DNA from: an uncultured Chloroflexia bacterium
GTDB lineage: Bacteria > Chloroflexota > Anaerolineae > CG2-30-64-16
Assembly (NCBI GenBank): GCA_963810095.1
Contig: CAWEMM010000002.1
Span: 32,001-96,000 of the forward strand
DNA length: 64,000 nt
Reading direction: 5' to 3'
Positions 12,320 to 22,528 of the stretch are shown here, piece after piece (within the stretch, counting starts at the first letter, position 1; every line of letters starts with the position of its first letter). Both the position numbers and the translations under genes were made by a program. The notes beneath the pieces were generated by a model that was not told the DNA's origin, did not search any database, and saw only the letters and a program-made list of their open reading frames with translations.

Positions 12320-13348
12320 ATGAGTAGATTACTCGAGGTGAAGGGGCTCGAAACCCGCTTCTTCACCCAGGACGGTGTCGTCCGAGCCGTCAATGGCATC
12401 TCCTATCATCTTGACGAAGGCGAAACGCTGGCGATTGTAGGAGAGAGTGGTTGCGGTAAAAGTGTAGGTGTGATGTCCCTGCTGCGGCTGATTCCGATGC
12501 CGCCGGGGAAGGTGACGGCTGGTCAGGTGTGGTTTGGCACCGGGGATGACCGCAAGGACCTGCTCAAGCTCTCGGATGACGAGATCCGGCAGGTGCGCGG
12601 CAATCGCATCGCGATGATTTTCCAAGACCCCATGACCTCCCTCAATCCCGTTCTCACGATCGGTTTCCAGATTTCCGAAGCGCTGATGTTGCACTTGGGC
12701 ATGGACAAAGAGAAGGCCCGCAAGCGCAGCGTCGAACTGCTGGAACTGGTCGGCATTCCCCACGCGGCTGACCGGCTTGACGACTACCCGCATCAGTTCT
12801 CCGGCGGCATGCGCCAGCGCGTAATGATCGCGATGGGGCTAAGCTGCAACCCCCAGTTGCTGATTGCAGACGAGCCGACAACCGCGCTCGACGTAACGAT
12901 CCAGGCACAGATTGCGGACCTGGTCAAGCGCCTGCGCGATGAGATCGGCATGGCTATTATCTGGATTACACACGACCTGGGCGTCGTGGCAGGGTTGGCG
13001 GATCGAGTGATCGTTATGTATGCGGGTTTCATCGTAGAGGAAGCCCAAGTCAAGGAATTATACGCAAATCCGCGCCACCCCTACACCCTCGGCCTGCTTG
13101 GGTCGCTGCCACGCCTGGACGTCGGGCGTGCTCACCGCCTGACATCCATCGAGGGCCTGCCGCCCGACCTGATCGACTTGCCCAAAGGCTGCCCCTTCTA
13201 CGCCCGTTGCAAGTACCGCATCGACATCTGTGCCACCGACAACCCGCGTCTGGAGCCGGTCGCTCCCGGGCATAAAGTCGCATGCCATCGCGAGGTCACT
13301 AAGGACACGCCGCCCACAGTCGAGATTGAAGGGGAGCTTGTGGCATGA
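12320..13348 (+). CDS. oppD: Oligopeptide ABC transporter ATP-binding protein OppD
   Basis: GGAGGAG RBS before ATG 12320; [26 protein letters not shown]. Confidence 0.95.
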   Translation: MSRLLEVKGLETRFFTQDGVVRAVNGISYHLDEGETLAIVGESGCGKSVGVMSLLRLIPMPPGKVTAGQVWFGTGDDRKDLLKLSDDEIRQVRGNRIAMIFQDPMTSLNPVLTIGFQISEALMLHLGMDKEKARKRSVELLELVGIPHAADRLDDYPHQFSGGMRQRVMIAMGLSCNPQLLIADEPTTALDVTIQAQIADLVKRLRDEIGMAIIWITHDLGVVAGLADRVIVMYAGFIVEEAQVKELYANPRHPYTLGLLGSLPRLDVGRAHRLTSIEGLPPDLIDLPKGCPFYARCKYRIDICATDNPRLEPVAPGHKVACHREVTKDTPPTVEIEGELVA

Positions 13349-14346
13349 CGACACCCAACAACCACAGCGGCAAGAGCGCTCTCGTGCATGTCCGTGGGCT
13401 GAAGATGTATTTCCCGATCCGCCGCGGCGTGATGCAGCGTCATGTGGGCGATGTCAAGGCGGTCGACGGTATTGATTTCGACATCTTTGCCGGCGAGACG
13501 CTCGGCCTGGTCGGCGAATCCGGCTGCGGCAAGTCGACCACGGGCCGCGCGATCCTCCAGCTGTACCGGCCGACCGGCGGGGAGGTCGATTTCGGGGGCA
13601 AAGATCTGACCAAGCTTAAGGGCGAGGACCTCCGCAAGCAGCGGCGGCAGATGCAGATGATCTTCCAGGACCCCTACGCCTCGCTGAACCCGCGCATGAC
13701 CGTCGGCAGTATCGTGGCCGAACCACTGGAAGTTCACAACATCGGAACCAAGTCGGAACGCCTCGCACGCGTGCGGCAGCTTCTGGAGATCGTCGGCCTT
13801 AACCCCTACTTCATCAACCGCTATCCGCACGAGTTCTCGGGCGGTCAGCGCCAGCGCATCGGCGTTGCACGGGCGCTGGCGGTTAACCCCTCGTTTATCG
13901 TCTGCGACGAGCCGATCTCGGCCCTCGACGTGTCGATCCAGGCGCAGGTCATCAACCTGCTGGAAGACCTGCAAGCGCAGTTTGACCTCACGTACCTGTT
14001 CATCGCCCACGATCTTTCCGTGGTCCGCCACATCTCGGACCGCATCGCAGTCATGTACCTTGGGAAGATCATGGAGATCGCGGATCGCGACGGGCTCTAC
14101 GCGAACCCGATGCACCCCTATACCCAGGCGCTTCTGTCCGCAGTGCCCATCCCTGATCCCGTCATCGAAGAGAAGCGGAAGCGCATTATCCTCGAGGGCG
14201 ACGTGCCCTCGCCGGCAAATCCGCCCAAGGGCTGCAACTTTTGCACCCGCTGCCCGAAGGCCATGGATGTCTGCCGCGAGCAGGAGCCGGTCTTCAAGGA
14301 TTACGGAGACGGCCACTACGCCGCGTGTTGGCTCTACCCACAATGA
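13345..14346 (+). CDS. oppF: Oligopeptide ABC transporter ATP-binding protein OppF
   Basis: ATGA overlap; [22 protein letters not shown]. Confidence 0.95.
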   Translation: MTTPNNHSGKSALVHVRGLKMYFPIRRGVMQRHVGDVKAVDGIDFDIFAGETLGLVGESGCGKSTTGRAILQLYRPTGGEVDFGGKDLTKLKGEDLRKQRRQMQMIFQDPYASLNPRMTVGSIVAEPLEVHNIGTKSERLARVRQLLEIVGLNPYFINRYPHEFSGGQRQRIGVARALAVNPSFIVCDEPISALDVSIQAQVINLLEDLQAQFDLTYLFIAHDLSVVRHISDRIAVMYLGKIMEIADRDGLYANPMHPYTQALLSAVPIPDPVIEEKRKRIILEGDVPSPANPPKGCNFCTRCPKAMDVCREQEPVFKDYGDGHYAACWLYPQ

Positions 14347-14513
14347 AAGGGGGTGGTTAGCAACACTGAAACAGCCTTTCGGGTAAAGGACGCGCCGCGG
14401 GTTGGCGGGGCCAGGAGGCTGGCCGGCGCCGGTCTGCAGGCGAAGCCAGTTTTTTGGCTGTCCGATAGTTATGGTCCGGTCGCACAGCAACACCGCATCT
14501 CTTAGGAGGAGAC

Positions 14514-16355
14514 ATGTCACTCAAGAAGTGGTCCTTCATGCTCGGCATCCTCGTCGTCGCCAGCATGATCCTGACGGCCTGCCCTGCGCCCCAGGCGCAG
14601 GTGGTCGAGAAGGTCGTGACGCAGGTCGTCGAGAAGCAGGTCGTCCAGACCCAGGTCGTGGAGAAGGTCCAGACCCAGGTTGTGGAAAAAGAGGTTCAGA
14701 AAGAGGTCCAGGTCGTTGCGACCCCGACCCCGCTGCCCGAGGAAAAGAAGCTCCGCATCAACCTCGGCACCTATCCTGACATGGTCGACCCGCAGAAGAG
14801 CTCGTTCGTCAACGAGATCGCGCACCTGCGCCTCATGTACGACGGCCTCACCCGCCTTGACAAGGACCTGAAGACGGTCCCCGCTTCGGCCAAGGAATGG
14901 AAGTACAACGAGGACGCGACCGAGCTGACCTTCACCCTGCAAGATGGGCTGAAGTACTCGGACGGCACCCCGCTGAATGCGGCTCGCTTTGCCTACTCCA
15001 TCAAGCGCAACATCAACCCTGAAACCGCCGGCGAGTATGCTCAGATCACCGACGAGATCAAGGGCGCGCCGGAATGGCGCGGTTGCGGCGACGACGCAGC
15101 GAAGTGCGAAGAGGCGATGAAGGCCCTCGACGCCAGCATCCAGCCGCTCCATGCGGATGGACAGCCCTGCGCGGCCGAAGACACCTACGCCGATGAGGCC
15201 TGCAACACCCTCAAGCTGACGTTCTCCAAGCCGGCCCCGTACTTCCACACCGTCATGTCGCTGTGGGTCACCTACCCGGCCAAGGAAGAGAACATCACCC
15301 AGGGCGGCGAGAACTGGTGGAACAGCTCGAAGTGGCAGGTTGGTAACGGCCCCTTCGTCCTCCAGAACCTCGAACCGTTCGTCCGCGGGTACTTCACCCC
15401 GAACGCCAACTACTGGGGCGACAAGGCGAAGGTTAACATCGAGTTCTCCTACATCACCGATACGGCTGTCGCCTTCGAAGCCTACAAGAACAACGAATTC
15501 GACATCATCCCGGCCGGCGCTGAGGACCTCGAAGTCATCAAGGCTGACCCAACCCTCAGCAAGGAACTCAACACCTACCCCGGCTCCTGCACGTTCGCCG
15601 TCATGTTCCATCAGTTGAAGGAACCGTTCACCGATCAGAAGGTGCGCGAAGCCTTCGCCATGGGCCTGGACCGCGAGGCCTGGGTGCGCGACGTGTTGGC
15701 CGGCCTCGGCTCGCCGACCCTCACCTGGATCCCGCCCGGGTTCCCTGGCTACGACAAGGAAGAGAACCGCTGGGGCTTCGATGCCGAGGCGGCTAAGAAG
15801 GCTCTTGCCGAGTCTTCGTACGGCAGCGCGGACAAGCTCCCGCCCATCACCCTGACCTTCAGCGACACGCCTCGTAACCGCAAGCGCAACGAATGGCTGG
15901 CCCAGATGTGGAAGACCTCGCTGGGTGTCGATCTGAAGCTGGACCCGGTTGAGTCCACGACCTACACCGCCCTGACCAAGGACATCAAGACCGCGCCGCA
16001 GACCTTCATCCTTGGCTGGTGCGCAGACTACCCGGATCCGCAGAACTGGCTGAGCGTCTACTGGAAGACCGGCGCGTTCGGCGAGCGCATCGGCTACTCG
16101 AATAAGGACCTGGACGCCCTGCTCGACAAGGCCGACGTCGAACTCGACCCGACCAAGCGCATGGAGCTCTATGCCCAGGCGCAGAAGCTGCTGACCGATG
16201 GCGCCCCGGTGGCGTTCATGTACAACAACGTGAACAACTACCTGGTCAAGCCGTGGGTTACGGGCATCGTCACGACCCCGCAGGACTCGGAATTCCCGGG
16301 TGCGGTTGGCGGCGTGACGGGCATCGACATCGACCTGGCTTCTCGCCAGCAGTAA
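14514..16355 (+). CDS. oppA: Oligopeptide ABC substrate-binding lipoprotein OppA (canonical motif order)
   Basis: Lipobox LTAC, VVEK stalk, then TFTL..YSDG, GNGPF, PFTDQKVREAF, GWCADYPDP in the usual order. Confidence 0.93.
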   Translation: MSLKKWSFMLGILVVASMILTACPAPQAQVVEKVVTQVVEKQVVQTQVVEKVQTQVVEKEVQKEVQVVATPTPLPEEKKLRINLGTYPDMVDPQKSSFVNEIAHLRLMYDGLTRLDKDLKTVPASAKEWKYNEDATELTFTLQDGLKYSDGTPLNAARFAYSIKRNINPETAGEYAQITDEIKGAPEWRGCGDDAAKCEEAMKALDASIQPLHADGQPCAAEDTYADEACNTLKLTFSKPAPYFHTVMSLWVTYPAKEENITQGGENWWNSSKWQVGNGPFVLQNLEPFVRGYFTPNANYWGDKAKVNIEFSYITDTAVAFEAYKNNEFDIIPAGAEDLEVIKADPTLSKELNTYPGSCTFAVMFHQLKEPFTDQKVREAFAMGLDREAWVRDVLAGLGSPTLTWIPPGFPGYDKEENRWGFDAEAAKKALAESSYGSADKLPPITLTFSDTPRNRKRNEWLAQMWKTSLGVDLKLDPVESTTYTALTKDIKTAPQTFILGWCADYPDPQNWLSVYWKTGAFGERIGYSNKDLDALLDKADVELDPTKRMELYAQAQKLLTDGAPVAFMYNNVNNYLVKPWVTGIVTTPQDSEFPGAVGGVTGIDIDLASRQQ

Positions 16356-16366
16356 AGACTACCTGA

Positions 16367-16458
16367 ACGGGAGTCAGGGTCCGGTTTCTGGCTCCCGTCC
16401 TGGCCCCTACTCAGGGGCGTAAATATGATGTCGGGCCGGTTCCCCTCGGAACCGGCCC
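16367..16458 (+). terminator. Stem-loops between oppA and oppB
   Basis: ACGGGAGTCAG...CTGGCTCCCGT and CGGGCCGGTTCC...GGAACCGGCCCG. Confidence 0.5.
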
Positions 16459-16483
16459 GGCGTGCCAAGGGAGGGCCGGTGGC

Positions 16484-17479
16484 ATGACCACCTACGTCAT
16501 TCGACGTCTTCTGTATATGATCCCTACGTTGTTCTTCGTCGCGCTCATCACGTTCGTGCTGATGCATGCGGCGCCTGGCGGGCCATGGGACCGCGATCTG
16601 GAAGCGCGACAGGTAGACAAGACGACGCAGACATTGCTGAGCAAGCGTTTCGGCCTGGACAAGCCGCTTTTCTTAACACGAGCGGCGGCAATCCCTTGGA
16701 CAGCCAGTTCTTCAGCTATATTGGCGGCGTCGTGCGCGGCGACCTCGGGCCCTTCGTACCGCCAGCGTGGGCTAGACGTGCAGGACATCCTTTTCAAGCC
16801 GCCCGAAGGCAAGCCTTTCTGGTACAGCAAATTCGGCTACTCCGTACGCCTCGGCATTCTGGCCGTATTCCTGGCCTGCCTGTTTGGCATCCCATTAGGC
16901 ATTCTGGGTGCCTTGAAACGTAATACTTTCTGGGATTATGTCTCCCTCCTCATTTCGACCATTGGGGTATCTGTGCCCAACTTCGTGCTCGCAATCTTCT
17001 TTATCATCATCTTCGCGAGCAAGCTGAAGTTGGTCAAGATCGTGCAGCAGAACTGGAACAGCCCTGGCGCCTGGCTTGTGCCCGCCGTGATCCTGGGGTT
17101 CGGCACGTTTGCTTACATCACTCGCCTGACGCGCTCGTCTATGCTCGAGGTGATGCAGCAGGACTATGTGCGGACGGCGCGGGCGAAGGGGCTGGCCGAG
17201 CGTGTGGTGATCTTGCGCCATATGCTTCGTAACGCCTTGATCCCGGTCGTGACGATCTTAGGGCCTGCTCTTGCCGGTCTGGTCGTCGGCTCGTTCATCA
17301 TCGAGCAGATGTTCGCCTTCCCGGGCAGCGGTCGAGCGTTCGTGCTTTCGATTCAGCAGCGCGATTATTCGATGATTATGGGGACCACCCTGATCTATGC
17401 GATCCTGATCGCCTTTGCGAATCTGTCGGTGGATGTGGTATACGGCTTCCTTGATCCACGGATCAAGGTGGGAGACTGA
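16484..17479 (+). CDS. oppB: Oligopeptide ABC permease OppB (two compensating indels, ~16675-16750)
   Basis: YVIRR, APGGPWD, RSSMLEVMQQDYVRTARAKGL. The expected NPLDSQFFSYIGGVVRGDLGP segment lies in the alternative frame. Confidence 0.92.
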   Translation: MTTYVIRRLLYMIPTLFFVALITFVLMHAAPGGPWDRDLEARQVDKTTQTLLSKRFGLDKPLFLTRAAAIPWTASSSAILAASCAATSGPSYRQRGLDVQDILFKPPEGKPFWYSKFGYSVRLGILAVFLACLFGIPLGILGALKRNTFWDYVSLLISTIGVSVPNFVLAIFFIIIFASKLKLVKIVQQNWNSPGAWLVPAVILGFGTFAYITRLTRSSMLEVMQQDYVRTARAKGLAERVVILRHMLRNALIPVVTILGPALAGLVVGSFIIEQMFAFPGSGRAFVLSIQQRDYSMIMGTTLIYAILIAFANLSVDVVYGFLDPRIKVGD

Positions 17480-17480
17480 A

Positions 17481-18472
17481 ATGACTGCGCAATCGACCAC
17501 CGGGAATAAGTCCTTCGTCATTCCGACGACGATCACCCGCCCACCGCGATCACTATGGGGCGACGCCTGGCACCGGCTTGCCAAGAATAAGGCCGCGATC
17601 GCGGGCGCGGTCGTGATCATCATCTTCGGGTTTATCGCGATCTTTGCGCCGTTGCTGGCGCCCCACAGCCCCTTGCAGATCTACCCGGGCAGCCGTTACC
17701 TGCCTCCCGCCTGGGAGACCTCCGGTCCCACAGGCAAACCCGGTAGCTCCCAGTTCCTGCTGGGCACAGACAGCATCGGCCGCGATGTGTTTAGCCGCCT
17801 GCTCTATGGTGCCGCGTGTCCATGGTGGTCGGCCTGGTGCCAACCATCATCATCCTGGTCCTGGGCATTTCGATGGGCCTGATTGCGGGTTTTGCAGGTG
17901 GCGGACTCGACAACCTGCTGATGCGTATCACCGACATCATCTACGCGTTCCCCGACCTCCTTTTCTTCGTCATCGTGATGGCAGCTCTGCGTGAAACGGC
18001 CATCGGCCAGGCGCTAAACGGTTTGCTGCTGCTCTTCGTGGCGTTGTCGATCGTCAGCTGGGTGGGTTTGGCCCGTCTTGTGCGTGGGTCCGCGCTCTCG
18101 CTCAAACAAAAGGAGTTTGTCGAGGCGGGCAAGATGATCGGCGCGCCGAGCAGCCGTATCATGCTGAAGCACTTGCTGCCGAACAGCCTCGGGCCGATCA
18201 TCGTCTTCACGGCATTCCTTATCCCGCGGATGATCATCACCGAGGCGATTCTCGGCTACCTGGGCTTGGGCCTCAGACCCTCCACCGACCCCAGTGCACC
18301 GTTTATCACCAGCTGGGGCTCCTTGCTGCTGGACGGTCAATCCGCGATCAACGCGCAGCCCTGGCTGCTGCTGGCGCCGGCGCTCTGCGTAGCGCTCGTC
18401 GTGTTGGCCTTCAACTACCTCGGCGACGGTTTGCGCGACGCGCTTGATCCGCGCCTGGCGGGCACCGAATAG
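17481..18472 (+). CDS. oppC: Oligopeptide ABC permease OppC (frameshift ~17812)
   Basis: SLWGDAWHRL, LLGTDSIGRDVFSRLLYGA, then FVEAGKMIGA and GDGLRDALDPR. Confidence 0.9.
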
Positions 18473-18493
18473 CGCAACCGGTTCAATGAAGAT

Positions 18494-18537
18494 AAAACAG
18501 GCCCCGTGGCTGACAGTGTCACGGGGCCTGTTGTTTA
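18494..18537. terminator. Bidirectional intrinsic terminator
   Basis: AACAGGCCCCGTG...CACGGGGCCTGTT flanked by A and T runs, between convergent genes. Confidence 0.85.
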
Positions 18538-18559
18538 ATAGAATGAGATACGAAGAGTG

Positions 18560-19744
18560 CTAGCGCCCGTCCTTCGAGTTGCGTGCCGGTGCCGATTTGC
18601 GCCACGCACGCAGCGCGTCGCGCAGGTCTACCCCCGTTGACGGCTGTGCCCCCGCACGGAGCGAACGGATATACTCGACAAGTGTGTGCGGCGCTTCGCT
18701 CGTGGGCGAGGGCTTGATGGTCGGGCTGGGCTCGGGGGTGTGCGTGACCCGGCGGGTGCGCGTGGGCAACGGAATCACCGGCGTCGCGCTCGCCTCCGGC
18801 GTTTCCGTCAGCGTGGGTCGAGGCGTCTGCGACGGCTGGCCGGTCTTCGTGGCTCCGGGCGTCGAGCTGGGCTGCACCGTGGCCGTCTTCGTGGGCTCAG
18901 GCGTTTCGCTCGGCGATACTGTCCGCGTCAGCGTAGGCTTTACGCGGGTGGCGGTCGGCGCGACGGGCGCGGTCGAGGTAGCCGAAGGCATCACCGTCGG
19001 CGCACGCGGGGTTGCAGTTGGCGGCGCGGGTGCGGCCGGTGTTGCCGTAGGTTCCGGCGGACTTGCGACCGTGGGGCTGGCGGGCAGCCCGCTGACCGGC
19101 GTCACGGCTCGGGTGGGCCCGTTGCTGCTCGTGGGCTTGGCGCGGGTCGCGGTGGGGGCAGGCTGCTGGGTCTCCAGGAGATCCTCGACCGTCCGCGTCC
19201 AGAAGATCGCCCGGTCGAAAGCGTCCGTCGGCTCGGGCGTGCTGCGCCACCGGATCGTCGGGCTGGGCGCGGGGGTCGCAACCACGAAAACCGTGGCCCG
19301 CTCCTCAAATGTGGGCGAAGGTGAGGCCGTCCGCGTGGACGTCGTCAGCACGGCCGGAACGGCGGTGGCGGTCAGGCCCGGCCGGTTCGTCGGCCGCAGC
19401 GGGCTAATCGGCGACGCGAAGTAAGTCGTGCCCGCCAGCAGCATTAAGGCGACACCGGCCCCCACCTGGCGCCAGATGGGCGGCACGAGGAAGCGCCGCC
19501 GCGCCCTTTGCTCGGCCAGGGCAGCGTGCATCCGTTCGCGCCCGGCAACCCGGGCGGCCATCGATAGTGTCGGCCACCGAGATGTGCGCAGGCGGTACGC
19601 GGTTTCGAGAAGCGGAGCAAGCTCCGTTTCGTACTGCGGGTATCGGTCCAGAACCTGGAGCGGGGTAAGCCCATCCTCGATGTCTTCGAGGGCCTGGCCC
19701 AGCGCTTCGTCCAGGGAGCGAGCCGCGCGCGGCGAAGGGGTCAC
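18560..19744 (-). CDS. Putative anti-sigma factor; single TM segment and long Pro/Thr-rich tail
   Basis: GTGA overlap with the sigma gene; N-terminal 'LDRYPQYETELAPLLETA' helical domain, one TM segment, PT-rich low-complexity region. Confidence 0.7.
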   Translation of the reverse strand: MTPSPRAARSLDEALGQALEDIEDGLTPLQVLDRYPQYETELAPLLETAYRLRTSRWPTLSMAARVAGRERMHAALAEQRARRRFLVPPIWRQVGAGVALMLLAGTTYFASPISPLRPTNRPGLTATAVPAVLTTSTRTASPSPTFEERATVFVVATPAPSPTIRWRSTPEPTDAFDRAIFWTRTVEDLLETQQPAPTATRAKPTSSNGPTRAVTPVSGLPASPTVASPPEPTATPAAPAPPTATPRAPTVMPSATSTAPVAPTATRVKPTLTRTVSPSETPEPTKTATVQPSSTPGATKTGQPSQTPRPTLTETPEASATPVIPLPTRTRRVTHTPEPSPTIKPSPTSEAPHTLVEYIRSLRAGAQPSTGVDLRDALRAWRKSAPARNSKDGR

Positions 19745-20319
19745 CGAATGGCCTCCATGTCCAGAATGCGACGTAGGTTGGCGATGGCCCGGTGCTGGAG
19801 CGCCTTGATTGCGCCCGTCGTCTTCCCCATGATCTCCGCAACCTCGTTTACACTAAACTCGTCGCCGAAGCGATAAAGGAGCACCGCCTGTTGCTCCGAG
19901 CCCAACTTGCGCATCGCGTCCAACAACTCGCGGCTGTTCTCGGATGCCGCGGTGTGCATGAATGGTTCCGGCCGACGGTCCGCCAGGTTGGGCTGGTCGT
20001 CGATGTCCTGGTGGTCGCGATGCTTCTGCTTGCGGTACTGGTCCGTCAGCAGGTTGCCCGCGACCCGATAGACGAATGCCGAGAACGATGCCACGGGCCG
20101 CGACCCATTCACCTTGAAGCGCGGCAGGTTCTGCAGCAGGCGCACAAAGACATCTGCCGTCAGATCTTCGGCCAGTTCTCGCTGGCCGAGCCGCGCGTAA
20201 AGGTATCTGAAGACGCGATCCGCGTATAGATTGTAGAGCCGATCATAGGCTGCTGACTCGCCTGCTCGTGCTGCTTGCAGCAGTGCGAGCATGTCAGCGT
20301 CGCTGCAGACGTCTTGCAT
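19741..20319 (-). CDS. ECF RNA polymerase sigma factor
   Basis: Region 2 'AEDLTADVFVR', region 4 'FSVNEVAEIMGKTTGAIKALQHRA'. Confidence 0.95.
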   Translation of the reverse strand: MQDVCSDADMLALLQAARAGESAAYDRLYNLYADRVFRYLYARLGQRELAEDLTADVFVRLLQNLPRFKVNGSRPVASFSAFVYRVAGNLLTDQYRKQKHRDHQDIDDQPNLADRRPEPFMHTAASENSRELLDAMRKLGSEQQAVLLYRFGDEFSVNEVAEIMGKTTGAIKALQHRAIANLRRILDMEAIR

Positions 20320-20432
20320 CGGTTCTCGCTATGGGCAAACGTTCGAAGATATCGAAGGATACGTTCAGGTCTGGCGCCGCATGTTGCCGATTCGCCGGTG
20401 CTGACGGCAAAGGCAGCATGCAGCGCCGGTGG

Positions 20433-21761
20433 TTAAGACGCACTGACACCACTCATGTACTGTTCGATTTGGGGCAGTGCGAGCAGCTTCTCGCGGAAGA
20501 AGTTGTTGACTACATTAATGACACGTTGGCGGGCGGCCTCGGTTTCGGCGCTGAGCGCTTCGCCCGTGGTCTCCTTTGACACCATGTCACGGAGGATGAG
20601 CAGCTGTTTCACGATCTCGCTCTCAGCCGCGCCCTCCAGCACATCGATCACGTCCAGGATCAGTTGGTTGGTCTGGCCCACCACCTGGTCCATCGACATC
20701 GCGCTGTCCGGGTCGCACGCCTCGTCGATGGCCCGCAGCAGGGACCACACCTGGTACAGCAGCGTGGCCGGCTCGTCGAATAGCTCGCGGACGAACGCGG
20801 CTTCTGCGTGGCGGCCGGTGAGGCGGAAGATGTTGTACATCCGCTTTGCGGCTTTGCCGTAGTTGAGATCCTTGGTCAGGTACTTCTTAACCTCATGCTC
20901 CATCAGGGAAACATACTCGTCGAGCGAGTCGGCCGATACGTGGCGCACCAGCTTGGAAAAGATCGGGATGGAGTCTGCGTTGAGATAGACTTCCTGGAAA
21001 TACGGATCCAGGTAACCGTCGAGCGGCGTGATCGAGCCGTCTGGCGCTTCCCACGTCGCATCGAGCACGTTGGAGGCCTTCGCCAGCCGGTTGCGCACGG
21101 GATCGGCGATGAGCCAGTCCAACTTCAGCCAGCCCGGGTCGATGGCCACTTCGTCCCATCGCAGCGTCACCTGCGTGCCGTCGTCGCGCACCCCTTGCAT
21201 TTCGCCGGCGAGCAGCGCCGGGACGTGCCAGGAGAGCGATGTGCCCGCGTTGTAGTGCCAGCCGCGTGCGGTCACATTGAACGGCGCGCACCCGAACCGC
21301 ACCTCGACCAACTGGTACGTGGGCCCTTTGATCGTGTTGAGGGCTTTTTCGCGGATGACCTCGGCCAGAATCCGGCACGCTTCTTCCTTCGTCGCCGCCC
21401 GCACGTTCACCCGCTCGAAGTAGTCGCAATCGCCGGGGTAGGTTTGGATTTTATTCTGGGCGGACGAGCCGGCCAGGGCCAGCGCGGTCTCGACTACGCC
21501 GGGTGTGTCGGGCAACTCGACGATGTGCCCCACCTGGCGGAAATAGGCCAGCTCGCGGGGGTTGAAGTCGAGCATGACGATGCGGTGGCCGAACACGCCG
21601 TCCACGTCGTCGATTTCCACGTCATCATAGGCCTTCCAGGCCGCGATCTTCGTCATCCATTGCAGCGCGTCCGCCTCGTCCATCTCGACGCCCAGGCGCC
21701 GCGCGGATTCCACGATCACACTCAACTGTTCAGCCGGATTTACACGTGGGTCATAACTCAT
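20433..21761 (-). CDS. Hypothetical protein with Pol-beta-like nucleotidyltransferase motif
   Basis: LAGS-x11-DCD motif and possible third Asp in KLDW; GGAGG RBS 6 nt before ATG 21761; helical C-terminus. Confidence 0.7.
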   Translation of the reverse strand: MSYDPRVNPAEQLSVIVESARRLGVEMDEADALQWMTKIAAWKAYDDVEIDDVDGVFGHRIVMLDFNPRELAYFRQVGHIVELPDTPGVVETALALAGSSAQNKIQTYPGDCDYFERVNVRAATKEEACRILAEVIREKALNTIKGPTYQLVEVRFGCAPFNVTARGWHYNAGTSLSWHVPALLAGEMQGVRDDGTQVTLRWDEVAIDPGWLKLDWLIADPVRNRLAKASNVLDATWEAPDGSITPLDGYLDPYFQEVYLNADSIPIFSKLVRHVSADSLDEYVSLMEHEVKKYLTKDLNYGKAAKRMYNIFRLTGRHAEAAFVRELFDEPATLLYQVWSLLRAIDEACDPDSAMSMDQVVGQTNQLILDVIDVLEGAAESEIVKQLLILRDMVSKETTGEALSAETEAARQRVINVVNNFFREKLLALPQIEQYMSGVSAS

Positions 21762-22368
21762 CGTCATCCTCCGTCCGGCCGCGCCCTTGTGGTGCGAGGG
21801 CGGGCGATGTCAGGGGTAGGGTGGCTTCTTCGAGCATGGCGCTCATCAGGCTGGCTTGATCGATGGCGTCGGCAAGGGCGTTGTGCGTCAGCGACGGCGG
21901 GCCCCCGAAGTGGGCGGCGACGTGCTTGAGTGAGGTCTCCGTCCATCGGGCGCCTGTTCTGCCGGCATAAAACGACTTGATGTCGAGTGCGTTGTGGCCG
22001 AAGGGGTTGTAACCCAGGAATCGATGAAAGTAATCGTTGATGAACATCCAGTCGAACGGCGCATTGAATCCTACGAACACGGGCGGCCGGCCCGCGGGCG
22101 CCACGGTCTGCAGCCAGCCTGCAAAATCCAGCATGGCTTCGGCCGGCGGCAGCCCCTCCTCCGTCAGCCGTTCGAGATCCAGCCCCGTGACTGCGAGCGC
22201 ATCGGGTACGACGTCGGGGCTCAGCGGCTGGAGTTCCACGTAGAACGTCAGCGATGGATCTGCGACGACGCACGCGCCAATTGAAAGCAGAGAATAGCGG
22301 CCGGGGTACGGCCCTGCAGTCTCTACGTCGACGGAAATGAGGAAATCGTCCGGTGTCTTCATCAGCAA
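21751..22368 (-). CDS. DEDDh (DnaQ-like) 3'-5' exonuclease
   Basis: ExoI SVDVET, ExoII GFNAPFD, ExoIII HNALADA. Confidence 0.9.
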   Translation of the reverse strand: MLMKTPDDFLISVDVETAGPYPGRYSLLSIGACVVADPSLTFYVELQPLSPDVVPDALAVTGLDLERLTEEGLPPAEAMLDFAGWLQTVAPAGRPPVFVGFNAPFDWMFINDYFHRFLGYNPFGHNALDIKSFYAGRTGARWTETSLKHVAAHFGGPPSLTHNALADAIDQASLMSAMLEEATLPLTSPALAPQGRGRTEDDDEL

Positions 22369-22392
22369 GAGCGACGTAAAGGCCGCTCACGT

Positions 22393-22420
22393 ATTATAAC
22401 CGGAGTCGGGTGATTCGCAA
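22393..22420 (-). promoter_or_regulatory. Sigma70-type promoter upstream of the exonuclease gene
   Basis: Minus strand TTGCGA, 16-nt spacer, TATAAT. Confidence 0.6.
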
Positions 22421-22485
22421 AGGTTGCGCGCGGTCGTTAGTTTATTTGGTCACGAAGGGGAGGAACACATTTTATTTTAGCGGAC

Positions 22486-22524
22486 ACGAGCAAACCCGTC
22501 TCCGCCGGAGACGGGTTTGCTCGT
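22486..22524 (-). terminator. Strong hairpin after the FAD oxidoreductase gene
   Basis: 18-bp perfect stem ACGAGCAAACCCGTCTCC/GGAGACGGGTTTGCTCGT with a 3-nt loop. Confidence 0.7.
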
Positions 22525-22528
22525 CTGC

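Noticed and set aside
20433-21761. CBASS CD-NTase call
   Set aside because: No Cap effector or Cap2/Cap3 genes are adjacent; only the generic Pol-beta motif is visible
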